Made by a program: the position numbers and the translations under genes | The notes under the pieces: model-generated | Databases searched by the model: none | The model's input: the letters and a program-made list of their open reading frames with translations, nothing else | Told to the model about the DNA's origin: nothing | Assembly (NCBI GenBank): GCA_965602195.1 | Contig: CBFCYF010000003.1 | Coordinates: 1 to 48,619, forward strand | DNA from: an uncultured archaeon | GTDB lineage: Archaea > Altiarchaeota > Altiarchaeia > IMC4 > QMZM01 | DNA: 48,619 bases | Direction: 5' to 3' | Shown here: positions 7,858 to 18,040 of the stretch, in pieces | How the letters are laid out: each line of letters opens with the position of its first letter | Position numbering within the stretch: position 1 is the stretch's first letter

Positions 7858-8616
7858 ATGATATCGGGGGCGGAGTTGATTGTGGTTCTGATCATTATGG
7901 CACTCATTATGGAAACTATTGACTCATCACTTGGAATGATGTATGGAACCCTGTTGAGTCCTATACTTATCGGGTATGGATTCGAGCCAGTGGTAGTGGT
8001 GCCCGCTATTTTAGTATCTCAGGCTCTTGGAGGTGTTGGAGGTACAATAGCCCACCATAAGTTTAAAAACGCTGATTTCAGAGGTCTGAGTAAGGATACG
8101 AAAATAGCGCTTGCCATAGTAATTCCGGGCTTGGGCGTTGTGGTCGTCGGAGTGCTCGCTGCCTTAAATCTACCGAGTCTATGGGTGAAGACCTATATCG
8201 GCATCCTGGTTATTGCTATGAGCGTGCTGTGTTTATCGCCTATTAGATATAAGTTTGCGTGGTGGAAGCATCATGTGGTTGGCATATTAGCTGCCTTCAA
8301 TAAATCCTTAACTGGCGGCGGTTTCGGTCCTGTGACAAGTACAGGCGGGATTATCGGGGGGTTAGAGGCAAGGGTGTCTATTGCCATCACCACCTTCGCC
8401 GAAGTCTGTATTTGCTCTGCGGCGTTTGTTGTATACATGTTTTTCTCTGGCAAAGTAGATACGGTTCTTGTAGGTTCATTGTGTGTTGGCGCATTTTTTG
8501 GAGGTATTATCGGCCCATACATCAGCAGTAGAATCAGCCATCGTCTACTGAGAAAAGGTATCGGCATTTTAGGTATAGTGTCGGGGATATGGTTATTGTA
8601 TAGAGTGCTGTTGTGA
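7858..8616 (+). CDS. TauE/SafE-family (TSUP) permease
   Basis: DSSLGMMYGTLLSP and GGGFGPV motifs; about 8 TMs. Confidence 0.85.
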   Translation: MISGAELIVVLIIMALIMETIDSSLGMMYGTLLSPILIGYGFEPVVVVPAILVSQALGGVGGTIAHHKFKNADFRGLSKDTKIALAIVIPGLGVVVVGVLAALNLPSLWVKTYIGILVIAMSVLCLSPIRYKFAWWKHHVVGILAAFNKSLTGGGFGPVTSTGGIIGGLEARVSIAITTFAEVCICSAAFVVYMFFSGKVDTVLVGSLCVGAFFGGIIGPYISSRISHRLLRKGIGILGIVSGIWLLYRVLL

Positions 8617-8683
8617 ACATAAAACTAAATCAAAAAATCAGCGGGAACTTCAGAGATATCGTATCCCCCGTATCCACTCTTCA

Positions 8684-9169
8684 TCACTGTCTTATATCAA
8701 CATTTTTCGTTGCGCGGGCAATAAAATCATTACCGTAGATTAGATCCACATTAATCGGGTAGTTTCCTGGACGGATACCAGCACACCCAGTGCATCTTGG
8801 GGTTTTATAAGAAAAGGTTATTGTGTTTATGCCGGCTGTGAGATTCACTTTTTTTGTTTTATCTAACCGGTAGCTTCCGGCTTTAATTCCATAGACTCTG
8901 ACGCCCACATCCCGAAGTATAGCAGGACTGTCGATCGTAACGGCAATATCCATGTGCTCGTTGGAGTGGTAGGTTTCTTTATCTGTAGACAGGGATATCT
9001 CTACCTCCTGATTGGGTATTACAGTGGTGGTTGATGTAGATGAAGTGGTTGTTGAGCTGGTGGTTGAGCTCGTAGAGGTTGTAGTAGTTGTCTCCGTTTT
9101 TTCCTGAACACACCCACATGACACAACTACCAGAACCAGAATGAAAACCAGATATTCTTTCATTATCAT
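8684..9169 (-). CDS. Lipoprotein with Thr/Ser linker and Ig-like domain
   Basis: SCGC lipobox, poly-T/S tract, LSTDKETY beta-rich domain. Confidence 0.7.
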   Translation of the reverse strand: MIMKEYLVFILVLVVVSCGCVQEKTETTTTTSTSSTTSSTTTSSTSTTTVIPNQEVEISLSTDKETYHSNEHMDIAVTIDSPAILRDVGVRVYGIKAGSYRLDKTKKVNLTAGINTITFSYKTPRCTGCAGIRPGNYPINVDLIYGNDFIARATKNVDIRQ

Positions 9170-9229
9170 AGTATCATATCATATGAATTCATACGTAAAA
9201 GCCTTAAGGGGTTAATACCCCACAGCCTC

Positions 9230-10411
9230 TCAATACTCATATAAAAAGCTGCTTCTTATCACTTTCGCCTTATCAACTAAGCCGCCGTAAACCTCCCTGC
9301 CATCCACGCCACTTGAATAGATGCTGCAGACAGGCTCGTCTTTAAGGATTCTCGCACCGGGTGCAGGGATGTCCCCCACGTCCTTGATTCCGGTTAAATC
9401 CTTAACCCGCAGATTCCTATCAGCATACAATATGCCCTTCCCATAGCACAGCTCTGATTTTTTCTCTGAAATCCCTATCTCTCCATTAACTGCCTTCAAG
9501 TGTTCCTCCACCAGATTGATTCCACGGAATTCCTCTACACATTCCAGGGTGTCCTGGAACCTCGTATTCACCTCCATGAAGCAGATTCCGCCGTCTTCTT
9601 TTAGGAGATAGTCTACGCCGTTTGATCCTGTTAACCCCAGCCGGGATATTAGCTGGGAGGACAACCCCGAAATTTTTTCATCATCAGGGGAACCCAGCGG
9701 AACCATGTTCCCACAATAGACAAACTCTTTCTCGGCACCGAATTCCCTTACTCCAATCAACTGTTTATTCACTGAGAGGGTTACTGCCTCCTCCCCATCA
9801 GATAAAACAGAGGAGCTTATCGCCTCTCCTTTAATGTATTCCTGAACTAATACATCCTCTTCGAATTTAATGTCCCGGTAGACTTCCAGATCTTTAGGTC
9901 CCCTAATCAACGCCGGAACAATTTCCACTCCCTTAACCAGGGATTTCACCACCACAGGAAAACCAATTTCATCTGCCGCATCCCGGATGTCCCTGAATGA
10001 CTTTGTGATAATCGTCTCGGGGTAGGATATATCTACTTCACCGAATATCTTTTTTAGTGTACCCCAGTTTTTCGCCTCCGCTACCTGTTTTGAATTATTT
10101 CCTAAAATTTTGAAGTATTTTCCTAATTCCTTAACCAGTTTAGGGTTACACCCCAGATCAGAGGTTATGAGCAACGAATCGACTTCCCCGCTCAGCTTTT
10201 CTATTGCATAATCCACCAGCTTACCGGCAGAGTATTCCTCTTCAAGCCGGGGATTTAACAGGTCCTTTTGCAGAGGGAGGTGGACGTCCGCCGCCTTCTG
10301 AGTGTCCACGTCCCTGAAGTAATCAATAAGATAAACCATGAAGTTAAGTTGCTTCGCACTTGCTGCCACAGCCCTGGAGTTTACGCCGACGACGCCGATT
10401 TTCTTGTTCAT
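9230..10411 (-). CDS. ATP-grasp domain protein
   Basis: FPVVVK, VQEYIKG, NGVDY, FMEVNTRF. Confidence 0.88.
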   Translation of the reverse strand: MNKKIGVVGVNSRAVAASAKQLNFMVYLIDYFRDVDTQKAADVHLPLQKDLLNPRLEEEYSAGKLVDYAIEKLSGEVDSLLITSDLGCNPKLVKELGKYFKILGNNSKQVAEAKNWGTLKKIFGEVDISYPETIITKSFRDIRDAADEIGFPVVVKSLVKGVEIVPALIRGPKDLEVYRDIKFEEDVLVQEYIKGEAISSSVLSDGEEAVTLSVNKQLIGVREFGAEKEFVYCGNMVPLGSPDDEKISGLSSQLISRLGLTGSNGVDYLLKEDGGICFMEVNTRFQDTLECVEEFRGINLVEEHLKAVNGEIGISEKKSELCYGKGILYADRNLRVKDLTGIKDVGDIPAPGARILKDEPVCSIYSSGVDGREVYGGLVDKAKVIRSSFLYEY

Positions 10412-10617
10412 CCTGCAGGTTACGTATCCTATTACTCAGAAAAGAGAGTATAAAAGGTATCTAAACCACCAGCATAGGCATGGTAATCTGCGCTCATAAA
10501 CTAACACTCCATGTGGCAGGTTGCCATACCTTATATGCGGGTGCAGCCTTTATTTTCGAAGAAAGCTATACTTTTATATTACAGTAAAAGATACAGCACC
10601 TGATCAGGGATATAAAA

Positions 10618-11061
10618 ATGAGTCCGCTGGAGGAAAAAACCAGGACCACAGCACATAAATTTATTCTCGCCTCGCTGGTAATCTACTTACTGGCAGGCTT
10701 AGCATGTGCGGTAGAGGAAGAGATGCCGCCTCAAACGGCAAAAGCAGCCATAACATGCCTACTCTGCAGGATACTTCAAATAACAAGCCTCATCTGGGCA
10801 GTTATCTTCACCCCGCTATTCACGGCATTCACGATAATCGCAGTCATCCTGGCAAGAATATACCGCACATCCCCCGAAGAAAACAAAAGAAAACAGCACT
10901 CTAAGATAGGCCTCATAATCACCGCAATAATACTCACCCTATTAATGCTGCCAACCATAATACTAATCATCCTCCCATACCTGATATTCATGACAACAGG
11001 CATCCAAATACCAAACATAATAGAGATACTAGGCGGCTGCGAAAGAGTATGTAATCCATAA
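10618..11061 (+). CDS. Small membrane protein, possibly TrbC/VirB2-like pilin (paralog 1)
   Basis: Signal peptide, CLLCRI, two TMs, LGGCE. Confidence 0.6.
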   Translation: MSPLEEKTRTTAHKFILASLVIYLLAGLACAVEEEMPPQTAKAAITCLLCRILQITSLIWAVIFTPLFTAFTIIAVILARIYRTSPEENKRKQHSKIGLIITAIILTLLMLPTIILIILPYLIFMTTGIQIPNIIEILGGCERVCNP

Positions 11062-11066
11062 AAAAA

Positions 11067-11498
11067 ATGCTTGAGAGAAAGAAAAAGATAGGTAAGGTCA
11101 TGCTCATAACAGCAGCAATATGCCTGCTATCCAGTCTATCCTGCGCCACAATCTACGGCCCAAGATGTCTAATATGCAGAATAATTCAAATAATCTACAT
11201 CATCTGCGGAATACTCATCGCGCCACAATTCATCATATCCCTGATCACCGCAATCATATCAGCAATCATATACCATAAAACATCTGAAAAAGAAAACAAA
11301 AGAAAAAAACAATACGCCAAAATGGGAGTAATAATTAGCACCATAATTCTTATCTTATTAATACTTTTAATTATAGCACTAGCAATCTTACCCTACATAC
11401 TAGAAGCAATGGGAGGCATCTATATACCTAAAGCACCAGAAGCACTGGGCGGTTGCGAACAAGCATGTGAGTTGGTTGTACATCCAGGGATAGACTAA
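11067..11498 (+). CDS. Small membrane protein, tandem paralog 2
   Basis: CLICRI, two TMs, LGGCE; colinear with 10618-11061. Confidence 0.6.
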   Translation: MLERKKKIGKVMLITAAICLLSSLSCATIYGPRCLICRIIQIIYIICGILIAPQFIISLITAIISAIIYHKTSEKENKRKKQYAKMGVIISTIILILLILLIIALAILPYILEAMGGIYIPKAPEALGGCEQACELVVHPGID

Positions 11499-11549
11499 CA
11501 GAAGTACTGGGCGGCTACGAACAATCATGTGGCAGATATAATAAAAAAA

Positions 11550-12326
11550 ATGCTTGAGGTAGTTAAGATACTTAAGGTTGAAGAAGAATGCCGGGACGTG
11601 AAAACACTAACCCTAAACAAGAAAATAGAGGCTGAACCCGGACAATTCTGCATGCTCTGGATCCCGGATGTCGGAGAAAAACCCTTCAGCCCAAGCGGAT
11701 TAAAAGGGCATGTAAAGTTCATGGTCAGAGACGTAGGGCCCTTCACCACGAAACTATGCTCCCTGAAAGAAGATGACAGGGTAGGGATACGAGGCCCCTA
11801 CGGAGACGGAAGCTTCACACTAAAAGGAAAAACAATCTGCATAGCCGCCGGCGGAGTAGGAATAGCCCCCCTCATACCCCTACTGGAAGAAGCCATTAAA
11901 TCCGAAATCAATGCCACAGTAATACACGGAGCCCGAACAAAAAAAGAATTAATTCCTTTAGAGAGATTCAAGGATGATGCCGAAGTAATACACACCACAG
12001 ACGACGGAACATGCGGTGACAGGGGATCAGTCTGCGACGCCCTGAACCGTATGATAAAAGACAGGAAATTCGATGCCATATACACCTGCGGCCCGGAGCA
12101 GATGATGAAAGCAGTTGCAGGCACAGCCCGCAACAATAAGATATTCTGCCAGATCAGCATGGAGAGATACATTAAATGCGGGATCGGAGTCTGCGGGCAA
12201 TGCGCCATCGACCCGAAAGGATTACTGATCTGCAAAGACGGGCCAGTATTCAACGCAGAAGAACTAGGAGACAGCGAGCTCGGGAGATACAAAAGAGACG
12301 CATCCGGCTCCAGAATCGATTTATAA
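11550..12326 (+). CDS. pyrK: Dihydroorotate dehydrogenase electron-transfer subunit
   Basis: PGQF, RGPYG, GGVGIAP, CGP, CGIGVCGQC...CKDGPVF. Confidence 0.92.
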   Translation: MLEVVKILKVEEECRDVKTLTLNKKIEAEPGQFCMLWIPDVGEKPFSPSGLKGHVKFMVRDVGPFTTKLCSLKEDDRVGIRGPYGDGSFTLKGKTICIAAGGVGIAPLIPLLEEAIKSEINATVIHGARTKKELIPLERFKDDAEVIHTTDDGTCGDRGSVCDALNRMIKDRKFDAIYTCGPEQMMKAVAGTARNNKIFCQISMERYIKCGIGVCGQCAIDPKGLLICKDGPVFNAEELGDSELGRYKRDASGSRIDL

Positions 12327-12350
12327 ACAGATAACACATATAAAAATAAA

Positions 12351-13688
12351 ATGGTTGTTGATTTAGTAATAAAAAACGCCAAATTAATTCTCCCAGACAA
12401 GATAGTTAAGGGCAGCCTGGTGGTGGAAGACGAAAGAATAAAAAAGATAGTCAAAGACACATCAGCCCCCGAAGCCGACAAGGTTATCGACGCCAAAGAA
12501 AACTACGTCCTCCCAGGCCTAATAGACGCACACGTACACTTCAGAGAGCCCGGAGCAAGCTCCAAGGAAGACTGGGTCACAGGATCAAGCGCCGCCGCCT
12601 CAGGAGGAATAACCACAGTACTGGATATGCCCAACACCCAACCCCCTACCACCACCATAGAGCGACTGAAAGAGAAAAGAGACATCGTAGCCCCCAAATC
12701 CCACATAGACTACGGATTCCACTTCGGAGCCACCACCGACAACCTGGATGAACTCATAAAGCTGGAGAAAAACGTAGCCTCAGTGAAATTCTATATGAGC
12801 GCCACCACAGGAAGCCTGATGATCAACAACGACGAAATAATATTTGAGGAATTCAAAATCCTCGGAGAAAAAAACATCCCCGCCACAATACACGCCGAAA
12901 AAGAAGACATGATCCAACGCAAACTAGGGAAACTAAAAGAAGCAGAGCAAGCAGATGCCTTCAGCTACTCCGAAGCCAGATCGAATCTTATTGCCGCAGT
13001 TGCAGCCAACGACATCATCTATCTGTCCAAGATGGCTGGAAACCAACTGCATATATGCCATCTCACCACAAGAGAGGAACTGGATATACTCAAAAACGTG
13101 AAAGACAAGCAGCGGGTGACTGCAGAAGCAACCCCCCACCACCTCTTCCTCAACAAAGAAGACATAAGGAGGGAGGGACTCAACAACTACGGGAAAGTAA
13201 ACCCTCCACTCAGAAGCAAGGAGGACCAGGAAGCCCTATGGAATGCCATCACAGGAGGGCTTATAGACATAATCGCATCAGACCACGCCCCCCACCTCAG
13301 GGAATCCAAAGCAGGAGACATGTGGACAGCCAGCTCCGGGATTCCGGGAGTCGAAACAACCCTGCCCCTGCTCCTGAATCAGGTGAATAAAGGCAGAATC
13401 AGGATACGGAGGGTGGTGGAGTTGATGGCAGAGAAACCCGCAGAAATCTTCGGAATCAAAAACAAAGGCAAAATCAAGGAAGGTTATGACGCAGACCTGG
13501 TTATCGTCGACATGAAAAAGAAAGAAGAAATCAGAGACGACAGATTATTCACTAAATGCGGGTGGAGTCCCTTCAACGGACGGAAACTAGGAGGGTGGCC
13601 GATAAAAACATTTGTGAGAGGAAACCTGGTTTTCGATGAAGGGAAAATCATCAGAAATAGGGGTATGGAGGTTGAATACACTAACTAA
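12351..13688 (+). CDS. pyrC: Dihydroorotase
   Basis: DAHVHFREPG, DMPNT, KVNPPLR, SDHAPH. Confidence 0.93.
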   Translation: MVVDLVIKNAKLILPDKIVKGSLVVEDERIKKIVKDTSAPEADKVIDAKENYVLPGLIDAHVHFREPGASSKEDWVTGSSAAASGGITTVLDMPNTQPPTTTIERLKEKRDIVAPKSHIDYGFHFGATTDNLDELIKLEKNVASVKFYMSATTGSLMINNDEIIFEEFKILGEKNIPATIHAEKEDMIQRKLGKLKEAEQADAFSYSEARSNLIAAVAANDIIYLSKMAGNQLHICHLTTREELDILKNVKDKQRVTAEATPHHLFLNKEDIRREGLNNYGKVNPPLRSKEDQEALWNAITGGLIDIIASDHAPHLRESKAGDMWTASSGIPGVETTLPLLLNQVNKGRIRIRRVVELMAEKPAEIFGIKNKGKIKEGYDADLVIVDMKKKEEIRDDRLFTKCGWSPFNGRKLGGWPIKTFVRGNLVFDEGKIIRNRGMEVEYTN

Positions 13689-14407
13689 TCCAGACCCATC
13701 CATCTGGCGAAAGTAATGAAGCCTGTGTGGGCTATCACCCGGGAATAAGGCCTCACCACCTTCATATCCCACCCCCTGACAATACACTCAAGCGTCTCTG
13801 ACTGAAAACCATCCAACACATTAAATAATTTCTTTGACTGCTCTATGGAGGGGGAATACGAGGCCAGGTAGCCCCCCGGCTTAAGACTCTCCCTTACATG
13901 CCCAACCACCCTCCACGGCTCAGGCAGATCCAAGGTGATTAAATCCAGATCCTCTTCCTCGATTCCATCATATATATCCCGCATCCTTAATTTTATATTC
14001 TCGATGCCAGATTTCTCGAAATTCCTCCGGGCTATAGCCGCGAAATCCTCCCGTATATCATATGAGATGAGAGTCTCAGGGTAAACAATATTGCTGAGGA
14101 ACATCGCCAGAATACCTGAGCCGGTGCCCGCATCCACCACCCTGCTCCCGGACCTGATACCAGTGTATCCTGCGATCAAGGAACAATCCTTCAATATAAT
14201 AGCCTGAGGGCCCCGCTTAGCCTTGTCAAGGAAGTCGATGATCCCGGGCCTCAGAACAGAAAACCTCCTGCCGGTATGGGAAAAAATCGCCTCGCCACAC
14301 TTCTTCCCCGACAGCTCCTTTGCATCAATCACCCCATAGTTAGTGTGCACATCAGATTCGCCCTTCACCAGATACTTCCTCCCCTTCTCATCCACCAAGA
14401 GATACAT
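13685..14407 (-). CDS. trmI: tRNA (adenine-N1) methyltransferase
   Basis: KRGPQ, DAGTGSG, LDLPEPW, HTGF. Confidence 0.92.
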   Translation of the reverse strand: MYLLVDEKGRKYLVKGESDVHTNYGVIDAKELSGKKCGEAIFSHTGRRFSVLRPGIIDFLDKAKRGPQAIILKDCSLIAGYTGIRSGSRVVDAGTGSGILAMFLSNIVYPETLISYDIREDFAAIARRNFEKSGIENIKLRMRDIYDGIEEEDLDLITLDLPEPWRVVGHVRESLKPGGYLASYSPSIEQSKKLFNVLDGFQSETLECIVRGWDMKVVRPYSRVIAHTGFITFARWMGLD

Positions 14408-14453
14408 GGTTATTTAATAAACTTTGGTGTAAAAATAATAATTCTTTTAGAAA

Positions 14454-15683
14454 ATGGCCGCAGTAGGTAACATATCAGGTGAGAAACTGCTTAATGTTGC
14501 AGAAGACAGGATATTCTCTCTGGGCCCCAGGGATCTGGCATCAGCCCTGTCCTACGAAAACATGCGCTACGGTCTCGGCAAGATGATTTATGCCCTGGAC
14601 GACGATGACGTTTGCTGTGTTTTCGGCCCCGACGCCACCATAACAAGAAACGTAGGACGATGGCAGAGCGGTTTCGGCTACGGTGCTGTCATAAAGTGGC
14701 CCGACGACGGCATCATCTTCCCTGAAATCAGACCCAACGCCTGCGGGATGCTGCTGGCAAAAATCGATGAATTGCCCGGCCAAGATGAACTAGCTGAAAG
14801 CATCGCCCGGGTTGAAAGCTCAGAGCTATACCTGGACGAAACAAAAATAAAGCCGGATTTCGGTAAAGGAAACCACTTCCTGGAATTCTATAAAGTGATG
14901 GGGGTATCCCCGGACATAGAAGACAGGATGCCGCAAGATGCAAACTATGTGATCATACACGGCTCAGCCAGTGAAAGAAAAGATGATTTATATGGCAAGA
15001 TAGATGAGGGAGAAAAAAATAAGACGCCACTTGGGGACATCGTCGTGTTAGATGGATCCGATGCCAGAGAATACTATAAGGTGTGGCTGGATTTCGATGA
15101 ATTCTCCCTCAGGAGAAGGGAGTTTATCATTAAAGAGGTTGTTGGCGACTGCGAAGTTATATCGAATCTAACACACCAGGGTATGTTCAACAGAAACGAG
15201 GTAAGGCTGGGATGCCACAAGACAATGGACGGGAAAAAACCCGACACCCTCTACCCGCTGGCATTAAGATGGGATCTGCCGGTCCAGATATTCAGGGGGA
15301 AAAAGAATCTCACAGATGATGTCATCTCAAGAGCCGGCTTCATGGAAAGAGCAGAGAGAGTAGGTATGATAGATAAACTGAGGAACATAAACATCCTACC
15401 CCACGGAGGCGGCTATAGAATCGACCTGCAATACACAAAAATAAGAGTAATAAACACAAAGATAGGGAACAACTTTGTTCTGAGTGGCGCAAAACCCGTC
15501 TCCAAGGTAGGGGATATATCTAAAGGAAAGCCCGGCGTATCGAGTTTCGGGGAGATGGTGATCATGAACCCACACATACTGCCCTACGACTACAGAGGCA
15601 GGGGAGTCATCAGGAAACTTATGGAATTCGATCTGGGAACCCCTGTGGCGAAACTCCAGCCACTTATGACGTGGAAGGTGTGA
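14454..15683 (+). CDS. Divergent RtcB-like protein
   Basis: PD, NACGM, GNHFLE, HGS, THQ, PHGGG and C-terminal LQP..WK occur in RtcB motif order. Confidence 0.7.
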   Translation: MAAVGNISGEKLLNVAEDRIFSLGPRDLASALSYENMRYGLGKMIYALDDDDVCCVFGPDATITRNVGRWQSGFGYGAVIKWPDDGIIFPEIRPNACGMLLAKIDELPGQDELAESIARVESSELYLDETKIKPDFGKGNHFLEFYKVMGVSPDIEDRMPQDANYVIIHGSASERKDDLYGKIDEGEKNKTPLGDIVVLDGSDAREYYKVWLDFDEFSLRRREFIIKEVVGDCEVISNLTHQGMFNRNEVRLGCHKTMDGKKPDTLYPLALRWDLPVQIFRGKKNLTDDVISRAGFMERAERVGMIDKLRNINILPHGGGYRIDLQYTKIRVINTKIGNNFVLSGAKPVSKVGDISKGKPGVSSFGEMVIMNPHILPYDYRGRGVIRKLMEFDLGTPVAKLQPLMTWKV

Positions 15684-15734
15684 TGTCTCTGCGATATATA
15701 TATATATACCGTCTCTGAGAAATAGATTACTGAA

Positions 15735-16565
15735 ATGAGGATCGGCGTCTCCACCCAGATATTCTGGGACTACAAGAAACTGGATTACGCAAGGATAATA
15801 CCCCACGTAATCAATGACATGAAATTTGAGGGGGTTGAGATAACCTGCCAGGATCCACTCTACAGGGGATGGGGAACAACGCAGGCAGATGAAACCAAAA
15901 AAGAGATAAGAGACGTATTAGATACCCTCAACAGAGTTACGGTATCCATCCACGCCCCATACCACGACCTGAACATCGCCGCCCTAAACGTCGGGGTGGA
16001 AAAAGAGGTGATAAAACAGTTAAAGGAAGCCATCAACGTCGCAGGATACCTTAACTCAGAGATCGTCGTCGTTCATCCCGGCTACGTTGCCTCAAGGAAA
16101 TACCCGAAGGAGAACGCCTACAGCAACATGATCAGAAACTTCAGGGAGATATCATCCTTTGCACAGGATCAAAAGATCAATATCTGCATGGAAAACCTGG
16201 CCAGTAAACAGAAGGCTATGGGAGTGCATATCCCTGAAATAAAAAAGATTATCGGAGACGTTGATAGGGAGAACTTTAAACTGTGTCTGGATGTTGCCCA
16301 CGTAAACACGACCGGGATCCCGCCAGCTCATTTTCTTGAGGAGTTAAGGGAGTATGTAGGGCACGTCCACATCAGCGACAATACAGGCGACAACCATCAC
16401 CTTCCCTTGGGTATGGGGAACATAGATTTTGAGGGATTCCTTAGGAATCTGAACCCATATGATGGCCTGGTTATCGTAGAAGGCTGGATTCCCCGCAACC
16501 AAGACCACTTCCTGAGGTGGGACAGGGAGAAACTGGATGAGATTATGAGCAGGTTGGAGGATTAA
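15735..16565 (+). CDS. Sugar-phosphate isomerase/epimerase (AP endonuclease 2 TIM barrel)
   Basis: IHAP, VHPG, MEN, LDVAH, HISDN...HLPLG. Confidence 0.88.
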   Translation: MRIGVSTQIFWDYKKLDYARIIPHVINDMKFEGVEITCQDPLYRGWGTTQADETKKEIRDVLDTLNRVTVSIHAPYHDLNIAALNVGVEKEVIKQLKEAINVAGYLNSEIVVVHPGYVASRKYPKENAYSNMIRNFREISSFAQDQKINICMENLASKQKAMGVHIPEIKKIIGDVDRENFKLCLDVAHVNTTGIPPAHFLEELREYVGHVHISDNTGDNHHLPLGMGNIDFEGFLRNLNPYDGLVIVEGWIPRNQDHFLRWDREKLDEIMSRLED

Positions 16566-16825
16566 AGAAACCTGAATCCCTTACCGGAGAACATAAGATA
16601 TAGGAGCATCAATACCAGCATCACTACGGCCACAAAAACAACAGATGCTGTGTCGGTTCCGAAAGCTATGGGGATGGGGCCGATGAATACTACTGCTGCA
16701 CCCCTCACCTCGGATTTCCCTTCTCCGCCAGCCGTGGAGAGAATTGTTCCCACCATCAATGCGATGAAACCCAGGATTATTAATATAATCCCTATGAGGA
16801 AGAATAAATTCTCCATTTTTTTCAT
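16562..16825 (-). CDS. DUF131-family membrane protein
   Basis: GAAVVFIGPIPIAFG motif. Confidence 0.85.
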   Translation of the reverse strand: MKKMENLFFLIGIILIILGFIALMVGTILSTAGGEGKSEVRGAAVVFIGPIPIAFGTDTASVVFVAVVMLVLMLLYLMFSGKGFRFL

Positions 16826-16898
16826 TTATTAACTATTAAGTTTTATATTCTTAACTGTTTTTTTTTTAGTATGAATTAGTATAGAGGGTAGATATAAA

Positions 16899-17726
16899 AT
16901 GGGGAGTAAAGCAAAAGAGGAGAAGAGTAAAGCAAAAGAGGAGAAGATTACAGCAAAAGTTGAGAATATTGTTTCGGGGATAACACTTAATCAAAAAATC
17001 GATCTGAAAAAATTTGCGGCAGTAGCTAAAGGTCTTGAATACAACCCGGAGAAGTTTCCGGGCGTAGTATATCGGGTGAAGAATCCTAAGCTGGCGATGC
17101 TTATCTTCAGTTCAGGGAAAGTTATCTGCACAGGAGCGCGATCGAAAGGAGACATATTGGTCGCAAGAGATAAGCTTATAAAGAAGCTGGCAGAAGGAGG
17201 CACTATTGTGAAAACCAACCCCGTCTTCGAACCCAAGTTTATGTTTAACATAGACTCTGAATATGGGGGTGAACTGGGGGAGGGGGTGATTCCAGAGGAT
17301 TTGCGTGATAAACTCGCTGCCAACAATAATGAGCTCTCTGATGATGCTGTGGTTGAGCAGACGGCGGAGGGTGAGTGGAAGATAACGGATAAGAAAAAGT
17401 ATTACTATCTTGAGGTAAAGGATGGGAAAATTAGTGTGTCTAAAGAGGGAGGCATATTAATCCAGAACATAGTGGCGTCGTCGTCGCTTGGCTTTGAAGT
17501 GAATCTGGATATGCTCGCCATGGAAGCCGAGAACACGGAATATGAGCCGGAGCAGTTCCCAGGCCTGGTATTCTCCCTGAAAGAACCGAAGACAGTGATG
17601 CTGATATTTAAGTCCGGGAAGATGATCATCACAGGAGCCAAGACCTCTGACGCAGCGAATGAGGCAGCAAGAAGAACTAAGAAGGCGATAGAGGGTGCGG
17701 GAGTGAAGATAGAGAAAGTGGAGTGA
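16899..17726 (+). CDS. tbp: TATA-binding protein with inserted domain
   Basis: Two TBP repeats (ENIV..EYNPEKFPG..LIFSSGK; QNIV..EYEPEQFPG..LIFKSGK). Confidence 0.95.
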   Translation: MGSKAKEEKSKAKEEKITAKVENIVSGITLNQKIDLKKFAAVAKGLEYNPEKFPGVVYRVKNPKLAMLIFSSGKVICTGARSKGDILVARDKLIKKLAEGGTIVKTNPVFEPKFMFNIDSEYGGELGEGVIPEDLRDKLAANNNELSDDAVVEQTAEGEWKITDKKKYYYLEVKDGKISVSKEGGILIQNIVASSSLGFEVNLDMLAMEAENTEYEPEQFPGLVFSLKEPKTVMLIFKSGKMIITGAKTSDAANEAARRTKKAIEGAGVKIEKVE

Positions 17727-18040
17727 CCGCCGGTTATTCCTCCTCTCTCTTATTTTTTCTTTTTATTTTACATAATCGAGGTATGTTACAGTCAGCCTTC
17801 AGAGGAGGATGAGTGAAACAAAAAAAAATATCCCAAATCAAGATTAAAAGTATATGTGTCTCATCTTCTTGCCTGTGGAATACCCTCCTCCTGTCACTGC
17901 CTGACACGCGACCGAGAATAATTTCACGCCTTTAAGAATGATAACACTGTGTGCGTGATGATAACATTTAGAATACATGGGGTTGTGATGGAGTTGAGAA
18001 AATAGAGGGTTTTATATACTATAACACCCTATAGTTTACT

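Noticed and set aside
17223-17453. Intein or intron in tbp
   Set aside because: No intein terminal residues, frame is open, and no obvious bulge-helix-bulge at the junctions
17937-17997. Possible C/D box sRNA (GTGATGA, repeated ATGATAACA)
   Set aside because: No convincing CTGA D box or terminal stem
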